Below are positions 48,891-54,309 of a stretch of 64,000 nucleotides of DNA, piece after piece. Below the pieces are notes generated by a model that did no database searches, was not told the DNA's origin, and was given only the letters and a program-made list of their open reading frames with translations. Origin of the DNA: a virus; IMG/VR virus record IMGVR_UViG_3300045988_144476. The stretch is one strand, 5' to 3'. The number at the start of each line of letters is the position of its first letter. The stretch's first letter is position 1. Position numbers and translations under genes: made by a program.

Positions 48891-50336
48891 TTATAATGTA
48901 ATAACCATATCCTTTACAGAAGCAACAACTTTAAATGTTTTATCTTCATTAGATATAGCTGTTTTTAAATCTTGTTTTAAACTATTTTTAGCAACTTCTG
49001 AACCGTGAACTAAAACTAATTTTTCAGTATTTACTTTAGATCCATATGTGATAAGTTCATTTCTGTTAGCATGACTTGAAAATGTTCCAAGAGATATACA
49101 ATCCGCTTTATTTTCAACTCCATCACCACTAATTTTTATTATCTTATTTTCCTTATAGTTTTTAATTCTATATGAAAGATAGGAATTATCAGCTCCGGTA
49201 TATCCGCTAAAAATAACCATACTGTTTTCATCATTTAAGTATTCATGCAAATAAGATAAAATACGTCCATTTGTACAAAAACCTGAACTGCTTAAAACAA
49301 TTTTAGGTCTATGATCTTTAACAATAGCTAAAGAGTCTTCTTTTTCACGAATAAAATGAACTTTATCCCAACTAGATATTTTTCCCCATAACTCCAAATC
49401 ATTATCTGGTAGAAGAGTAGAATATAGATCACAAATATCACATGATAAGATAGAATCAACAATAATGTCATATTGAAAATTCTGATCATGATAAATACTA
49501 TATAGATTTGTCAATATTTCTTGCGTTCTACTAAAACTAAAGCATGGCATAATAACGGATCCACCACGTTCAGTTACTGTGTCAATAGCAGCTTTCAAAT
49601 GATCCAGGTCAAATTTACGTGTTTTCTTATTAATTCGTCCTGGTTCACCATAAGTAGACTCCATAATAGTAATTTTATTAAAATCTGTTGGAATTTCAGT
49701 ATTAGGAACATAATGATTCTTTGTATTCAAAGAACCAATATCAGAAGTGTATAAAATAGATTTTGGGATTCCGTTTTGATCCCGAAGTGTAAGTTGGAGC
49801 TGCCTAGCACCAACGCAATGACTATTTTCATACCATTTAAACGAAACGACATCATCCAAAACATATTGCGTATGAATTTCATCATATTCAACAATATATT
49901 TCAAGGTATCAGTAACATCTGTTTCATCATAGATAGGAGAATAGTTTCTTTTATATTTAAATGATAAAGCATTTGCTTCACTGAGTAAAATAAAAGCACA
50001 ATTATAAAGCAGCGGTTTCATAAGTTGTGCAGTAGCATGTGAAGCAATAATTTTTCCTGTAAATCCTTCTTTTACCAGTCTTGGAAGTAATCCAATATGA
50101 TCAACATGAGTATGTCCAATAAAAACATAATCAATTTCAGAAGGTTTAAATTGAAATTTTGCTGAATTTATATTATATGACTCAAGATAATTATTATTTT
50201 GATATAAACCGCATTCTAATAATATTTTTTTGCCGTTGTATTTAATATAAATACAGCTGCCGGTAACATCATTGGCATTTTGACCTATTAAATAAATGCC
50301 TTCATCTTTTTTCTTTTTAGCTATGTCAAACACCAA
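48891..50336 (-). CDS. metallo-beta-lactamase / beta-CASP family nuclease (RNase J / CPSF-like)
   Basis: HxHxDH motif (IGHTHVDHIG), ESTYG, and the C-terminal SSHAN motif. TTG/GTG start with a weak RBS. Confidence 0.8.
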   Translation of the reverse strand: MVFDIAKKKKDEGIYLIGQNANDVTGSCIYIKYNGKKILLECGLYQNNNYLESYNINSAKFQFKPSEIDYVFIGHTHVDHIGLLPRLVKEGFTGKIIASHATAQLMKPLLYNCAFILLSEANALSFKYKRNYSPIYDETDVTDTLKYIVEYDEIHTQYVLDDVVSFKWYENSHCVGARQLQLTLRDQNGIPKSILYTSDIGSLNTKNHYVPNTEIPTDFNKITIMESTYGEPGRINKKTRKFDLDHLKAAIDTVTERGGSVIMPCFSFSRTQEILTNLYSIYHDQNFQYDIIVDSILSCDICDLYSTLLPDNDLELWGKISSWDKVHFIREKEDSLAIVKDHRPKIVLSSSGFCTNGRILSYLHEYLNDENSMVIFSGYTGADNSYLSYRIKNYKENKIIKISGDGVENKADCISLGTFSSHANRNELITYGSKVNTEKLVLVHGSEVAKNSLKQDLKTAISNEDKTFKVVASVKDMVITL

Positions 50337-50355
50337 CTTTCAGTATATATTAGTA

Positions 50356-50568
50356 TTAGAAATTAAAATTTTTCTTATTTTTATCAATATATAAATCGGT
50401 CTGGTGAACTGATTTTCTATATTCATTCAAAATTTCAACAGTTTTATATCTGGTTGTCATATAATATCTTTTTGCACGACCTTTATGTGTCTTACTAATC
50501 GTATGAACATCAAAACCTCTTCCTTTTGAACGTAAGTATTCAGCTTCTTTTTGACTAATATTTATCAA
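50356..50568 (-). CDS. hypothetical basic protein (70 aa)
   Basis: TTG start 7 nt after GAGGAAA. Confidence 0.55.
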   Translation of the reverse strand: MINISQKEAEYLRSKGRGFDVHTISKTHKGRAKRYYMTTRYKTVEILNEYRKSVHQTDLYIDKNKKNFNF

Positions 50569-50748
50569 TTATTTTTCCTCGCTTAAAATAGATTTCTCCA
50601 ATAGGAGATTTTGTGTAGACTCAAAGGCTCATTATCTGTCATGATCAGAGACAAAACCTTTTGTAAACCCAATCTGACGCAAGCATCCTCATGGTAAAAC
50701 TATATCTACGATGTTTTATTGGAATTTTGATTTAATTTGTCAACCTCA

Positions 50749-50830
50749 TGGGAGAGGTAGGACTCGAACCTACGATGTTTCTTTGTGGCTGATTTACAGT
50801 CAGCTGCCTTCGCCGCTAGACTACTCTCCC
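50749..50830 (-). tRNA. tRNA-Tyr(GTA): tRNA-Tyr (GTA)
   Basis: Acceptor GGGAGAG/CTCTCCC, anticodon arm GCTGA-CTGTAAA-TCAGC, long variable arm, T arm GTAGG-TTCGAGT-CCTAC. Confidence 0.85.
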
Positions 50831-51147
50831 TTGTGTTAAGTGAACAGCTATTCTTATTAAATATATAACCATAAATGGAGGCCATATATTTTATTGGAAA
50901 CTTAACTTTCCCATATGATTTATGGTTAAATCACAAAAACTTGACTGCGTTTCGTCCTAAGTCAAACTCCCGCCAGATTTTCACGCTACTAGATATCTGG
51001 AACTTATCTTTTAATTCATCAAGAATACAGATTTGCGCCTGTCATTCTAAGATATAGTCTGTGTACTTTAGACTGCCATTTACTTCACTTCCTAAATGGT
51101 CAAAACGTAATCTGGGGCTAGAGGAGCTACCTCCGCATTTCAGATAA

Positions 51148-51219
51148 CACGCCCCCAAAGATTCGAACTCTGACTAATCGGGTTGGAGCCGATTGTACTG
51201 CCAATTATACGAAAGGCGT
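51148..51219 (-). tRNA. tRNA-Trp(CCA): tRNA-Trp (CCA)
   Basis: Acceptor ACGCCTT/GGGGCGT, D arm GTAT/GTAC, anticodon arm ATCGG-CTCCAAC-CCGAT, T arm CAGAG-TTCGAAT-CTTTG. Confidence 0.85.
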
Positions 51220-51227
51220 AAATAAAA

Positions 51228-51300
51228 GGTGACTAACGGGATTCGAACCCGTATAAGGTGGATCCACAATCCACTGCATTACCAAATCTGCCATAGTCAC
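51228..51300 (-). tRNA. tRNA-His(GTG): tRNA-His (GTG) without a genome-encoded G-1
   Basis: Acceptor GTGACTA/TAGTCAC, discriminator C73, anticodon arm GTGGA-TTGTGGA-TCCAC, T arm ACGGG-TTCGAAT-CCCGT. The base at -1 (51301) is U. Confidence 0.85.
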
Positions 51301-51302
51301 AA

Positions 51303-51384
51303 CGCTGCACACACGATTCGAACGTGCAAATCCTTTCGGACCAACAGTTTTCAAGACTGCTTCTTCACCACCCAGACATGCAGC
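51303..51384 (-). tRNA. tRNA-Ser(TGA): tRNA-Ser (TGA)
   Basis: Acceptor GCTGCAT/GTGCAGC, anticodon arm GCAGT-CTTGAAA-ACTGT, long variable arm TCC-GAAA-GGA, T arm GCACG-TTCGAAT-CGTGT. Only 2 nt separate it from tRNA-His. Confidence 0.8.
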
Positions 51385-51447
51385 ATAAAAAATATCCGTC
51401 TTTCCGGATTGTCAGACTACCCAGTAGTCATTTGCTAATTAATAATA

Positions 51448-51485
51448 GAAGCTGCGTCCTGCAGTTTCTTTTTTTTGTTTTTATT
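51448..51485 (+). terminator. plus-strand rho-independent terminator inside the minus-strand tRNA array
   Basis: GAAGCTGC-GTCCT-GCAGTTTC (8 bp including one G-U pair) followed by TTTTTTTTGTTTTT on the plus strand. Confidence 0.5.
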
Positions 51486-51506
51486 AATAATTCCTATATG
51501 GGATAA

Positions 51507-51591
51507 CGCAAAGCAGAATACTCGAAATTCAATCCAATAAAGGATCGCATGACTTAGCAGGTCAGCTCCGTGCCTCACGGATTTACTTTGC
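51507..51591 (-). tRNA. tRNA-Ser(GCT): candidate tRNA-Ser (GCT), non-canonical
   Basis: Acceptor GCAAAGT/GCTTTGC, 3-bp D stem, anticodon arm TGAC-CTGCTAA-GTCA, variable arm ATCC-TTTATT-GGAT, weak T arm GAAT-TTCGAGT-ATTC. A8 in place of U8. Confidence 0.5.
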
Positions 51592-51684
51592 AAGAGGAGA
51601 GTGGGAGACAGAAGTCTCCCTCAAAAAAAAATGAAAACAATAGTAACATAAACAACATCAAATTTGAGAGAAAAATTCTCTCAA

Positions 51685-51770
51685 TACTACCTGTGGGACT
51701 TGAACCCACACTTCGTATTTCAGAAACAGGATTTTAAGTCCTGTGCGCCTGCCAATTACGCCAAGGTAGC
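51685..51770 (-). tRNA. tRNA-Leu(TAA): tRNA-Leu (TAA)
   Basis: Acceptor GCTACCT/AGGTAGT, anticodon arm CAGGA-CTTAAAA-TCCTG, long variable arm, T arm GTGGG-TTCAAGT-CCCAC. Confidence 0.85.
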
Positions 51771-51782
51771 ATTTATGGGATA

Positions 51783-51854
51783 AGCACTATATGAGAATTG
51801 AACTCATATCATCTGATTGGAAGTCAGATATCATTGCCATTAGACCAATAGTGC
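51783..51854 (-). tRNA. tRNA-Gly(TCC): tRNA-Gly (TCC)
   Basis: Acceptor GCACTAT/ATAGTGC, anticodon arm TCTGA-CTTCCAA-TCAGA, T arm ATGAG-TTCAATT-CTCAT. Confidence 0.85.
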
Positions 51855-51858
51855 AAAA

Positions 51859-51932
51859 TGCCCGGTGCGAGACTCGAACTCGCATTATTGCCTTGAAAGG
51901 GCAATGTCACTAGCCTGTTAGACCAACCGGAC
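51859..51932 (-). tRNA. tRNA-Glu(TTC): tRNA-Glu (TTC)
   Basis: Acceptor GTCCGGT/ACCGGGC, anticodon arm TTGCC-CTTTCAA-GGCAA, T arm GCGAG-TTCGAGT-CTCGC. Confidence 0.85.
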
Positions 51933-52090
51933 TTATTTTATCTAGGAAGCGGGAAGCGGTCTTCTGCCGAACTGTTTATCTTATTACCTACTAAATTATA
52001 AAGAGCCATGGTTTTATAAAATTTTGGATCTCAGTTTAAAGAACTAAGATAATATTCTTTACGATTAAATCGTACTTAATACTTCCCAAA

Positions 52091-52161
52091 TAGCGGAGAT
52101 TAGATTCGAACTAATGTCTCTAGGGTATGAACCTAGCAAGGATCCACTCCTCTACTCCGCA
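52091..52161 (-). tRNA. tRNA-Met(CAT): tRNA-Met (CAT) with initiator-like features
   Basis: Anticodon arm CTAGG-TTCATAC-CCTAG, T arm ATTAG-TTCGAAT-CTAAT. Positions 1:72 are a U-U mismatch and 11:24 is A-U. Confidence 0.8.
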
Positions 52162-52345
52162 TTAATCGTTTATATGGTAGAACTATATCTGTATCGTCTT
52201 ACAATACATAGCATGTTCACTTATTGCCTACTAAGGATTCCATACTTTATCCCGATCAAAGTATAAAATGGACTCGGTTAATAATTCACATCTCATTTAA
52301 TATACTTTGTGTATGTTTATCCACACCAAACTTTCAGGCACCAAA

Positions 52346-52419
52346 CTGGAATGATGCGATTTGAACGCACAACATCTTGGTCCCAAACCAAGCGGACTGC
52401 CAAATTGTCCTACATTCCA
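52346..52419 (-). tRNA. tRNA-Pro(TGG): tRNA-Pro (TGG)
   Basis: Acceptor TGGAATG/CATTCCA, D arm GGAC/GTCC, anticodon arm CTTGG-TTTGGGA-CCAAG, T arm GTGCG-TTCAAAT-CGCAT. Confidence 0.85.
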
Positions 52420-53221
52420 TTAATAATAGGATGAGATTATTGACCTATTTAAATCAGCTTTGCTTACCGTTGGAAGTAAGTAATCACACGAACGATTAAT
52501 TCGTAGCTGATAGCGACACCAGTTTCAGTGGCTACTGGCAAACTCTTACTACATAGTATTATAAATTTCCTTTCAGCACATTCTTCCTTGCGAGATTCAG
52601 AGATTGCAGTCTCTTAGAGTTGCACCTAATTGTACTTTTTCATATTTCACCTTGCGAGTTTAATATGTGTCCATATTACAGAACAATAAGTCGCTTTTCT
52701 CTATGTAGTCGCATACACTTTTGCTTAATATAAGAATTTAACATTATTTTATGTTTTCTAACCAATTAAAAATATGTATGCTATTATTTATAGACTACGA
52801 GGTATACGTTTGAACATCTGTATCTTTTGAATACAGCCCATTCATCGCAGCCTTGCTTGTCTTGCTATCGACTCACTTTAGGCTATTCTAACTATCTTTC
52901 GATTTAAGTCAGAAATGTCCAATTAAATACAGCACTTGCTCTTGCGGAACTTGCACCATAAAACAACCTTACTGTCCACCCATTTCTGAGTTTATTTATA
53001 GCACCTTTCCCATGATGCCCGACCAACCATTGTCCTCAGCGGATGCCCCAAGACTTTAGGTTGGAACGTTAGTAAGTATTGGCTTTCTATCACCCCTCTT
53101 TAGAAGGAGGCACTTTCGTGCTTTATACGTGTCACCACGCTTATTTAACGACTTGAAGCCAGCCGATCTAATATTTATATATTTTATAAAAAAAACATAA
53201 AGCTTATTAGATAAAGCTAAG
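52420..53221 (-). ncRNA. candidate large structured non-coding RNA (GOLLD/ROOL-like context)
   Basis: 800-nt spacer between tRNA-Pro and tRNA-Asn with no ORF and less AT bias than its flanks. Minus-strand GNRA-capped hairpins: GCAC-GAAA-GTGC (53110-53121) and CGTG-GTGA-CACG (53128-53139). Three-way junction CAGCT[ACGAA..TTCGT][CTTAC..GTAAG]AGCTG (52455-52509). CCAACC/GGTTGG stem. Internal repeat CTCGCAAGG at 52586 and 52650. Confidence 0.5.
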
Positions 53222-53294
53222 CTGACCCAGTAGGAATTGAACCTACGACACGCTGGTTAACAGCCAGCTGCTCTACCTATTGAGCTATGGGCCA
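53222..53294 (-). tRNA. tRNA-Asn(GTT): tRNA-Asn (GTT)
   Basis: Acceptor TGGCCCA/TGGGTCA, D arm GCTC/GAGC, anticodon arm GCTGG-CTGTTAA-CCAGC, T arm GTAGG-TTCAATT-CCTAC. Confidence 0.85.
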
Positions 53295-53301
53295 ATATAT
53301 A

Positions 53302-53321
53302 GGAGTGAGTTTCCTCACTCC
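53302..53321 (-). terminator. hairpin after the HU gene, directly abutting tRNA-Asn
   Basis: GGAGTGAG-GAAA-CTCACTCC (8 bp, GNRA loop on the minus strand) followed by TATATATT. Confidence 0.5.
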
Positions 53322-53330
53322 ATTATTTAA

Positions 53331-53603
53331 TTACGCATTAACTGCTTCTTTAATAGCTTTACCAAATTTGCATTTTACTGCATTCTTAGCATCAACCATT
53401 ACAGTTTCACCAGTTCTTGGATTACGAGCTGTACGAGCATCTTTATGTACAGAATACAGAGTTACTCCGTCCATCAGTTTAACTTCCTCACTAGCAAGTG
53501 TAGCAAATGTTACGTCCTGAACAGCTTCAATAACTGTCTTTACATCTTTCTGTGTGAATCCTGTTTTACCTGCAACTTCTTTAATCATTTCAACTTTGTT
53601 CAT
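53331..53603 (-). CDS. hup: HU/IHF-family DNA-binding protein
   Basis: 90 aa. MNKVEMIKEVA...GFTQKDV...RTARNPRTGETV...KCKFGKAIKEAVNA is a typical HU fold signature. Strong RBS AAAAAGGAGAAA. Confidence 0.9.
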   Translation of the reverse strand: MNKVEMIKEVAGKTGFTQKDVKTVIEAVQDVTFATLASEEVKLMDGVTLYSVHKDARTARNPRTGETVMVDAKNAVKCKFGKAIKEAVNA

Positions 53604-53680
53604 TATAAATTTCTCCTTTTTATCCTTTTATATTTTTTAATTTATAGAAAACAGCAAAATACTGTTAACTTTCAATACGA

Positions 53681-53696
53681 TTGATTAAAACATTAG
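53681..53696. repeat. intergenic motif TTGATTAAAACATTAG, copy A
   Basis: Overlaps the stop of the Zn-ribbon gene, about 80 nt upstream of the HU start. Confidence 0.7.
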
Positions 53697-53697
53697 T

Positions 53698-54036
53698 TTA
53701 GTTAAAAATATTATTGGCGATTTCTGCGCCTTTTTCATTAAGTATTTCACATGAATTGATATAAGATGTAATTACATTACCTTCTTTATCTTCACGCTTG
53801 ATTTCAATCCCTTTGCATTTTGGATTTTTGCATGCCATTACATTTCCATGAATAAATGTCATTGGCTGACCACATGCTCTACAAATGTGTTTAGATACAA
53901 ATTTTTCCTGTTGTTTTGCAAGTTTTTCTTCATCACTTGTTTTTTTAACAATTGGTTTCATTCCCCAGGCTTCTCTAAGATCAGCGAGAGAAGTATAATG
54001 TTCTTTTGTCCCGGAGGATAATCTATAATTTTTCAT
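53698..54036 (-). CDS. zinc-ribbon protein (112 aa)
   Basis: CRACG..CKNPKC. RBS AAGGAGA. Confidence 0.7.
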   Translation of the reverse strand: MKNYRLSSGTKEHYTSLADLREAWGMKPIVKKTSDEEKLAKQQEKFVSKHICRACGQPMTFIHGNVMACKNPKCKGIEIKREDKEGNVITSYINSCEILNEKGAEIANNIFN

Positions 54037-54309
54037 TTTGTAAATCTCCTTGTTTTCAAATAATTATTTGTACGTCCGGATGTATTAAGCCCATCCGGAG
54101 GCATTAAAAAACTATCAATTCGAATCCCATATTTAAATACGCATCGGTAATAGCGCAGAAGGTTTTGCCTTTTTTCAAACAGCTGTCTGACCACATGTAT
54201 CCAAATTCTACGTATAATATGGACCTGAAGGATCAACGAAGCAAAAAGTTATTCCCCTCATATAGTGGACGAATTTGACATTGCGAAAAGTACTGGTTTT
54301 ATATACGTT

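Noticed and set aside
50935-50975. Hammerhead-like CGAAAC and UGAUGA fragments, and a possible tRNA with a 10-nt intron (TTTGA-CTTAGGA-[CGAAACGCAG]-TCAAG).
   Set aside because: The CUGAUGA box is imperfect (UUGAUGA) and badly spaced. No T arm or acceptor stem can be built. A 10-nt intron at that position has no bacterial or phage precedent.
50875-51506. Plus-strand ORFs 50875-51057, 51229-51438 and 51324-51506.
   Set aside because: They lie over tRNA genes and structured spacers on the opposite strand, and have no RBS.
46635-51770. tRNAs whose anticodons read TAG, TAA and TGA looked like suppressor tRNAs.
   Set aside because: Read 5'-3' in the anticodon loop, they decode CUA/G (Leu), UUA/G (Leu) and UCA (Ser). 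Suppressors would carry CTA, TTA or TCA. No in-frame stops need suppression.
51945-51958. GGAAGCG GGAAGCG tandem repeat as a possible CRISPR or iteron array.
   Set aside because: There are only two 7-nt units and no spacer-repeat architecture. No CRISPR-like array exists anywhere in the window.
53287-53684. Plus-strand ORFs 53287-53520 and 53445-53684.
   Set aside because: They are antisense to the strongly supported HU gene and tRNA-Asn.
54033-54236. 67-aa minus-strand ORF in the gap after the polymerase gene.
   Set aside because: No RBS and a basic, low-complexity translation. The gap more likely holds the leader of the Zn-ribbon gene, including the CCGGATG/CATCCGG hairpin.
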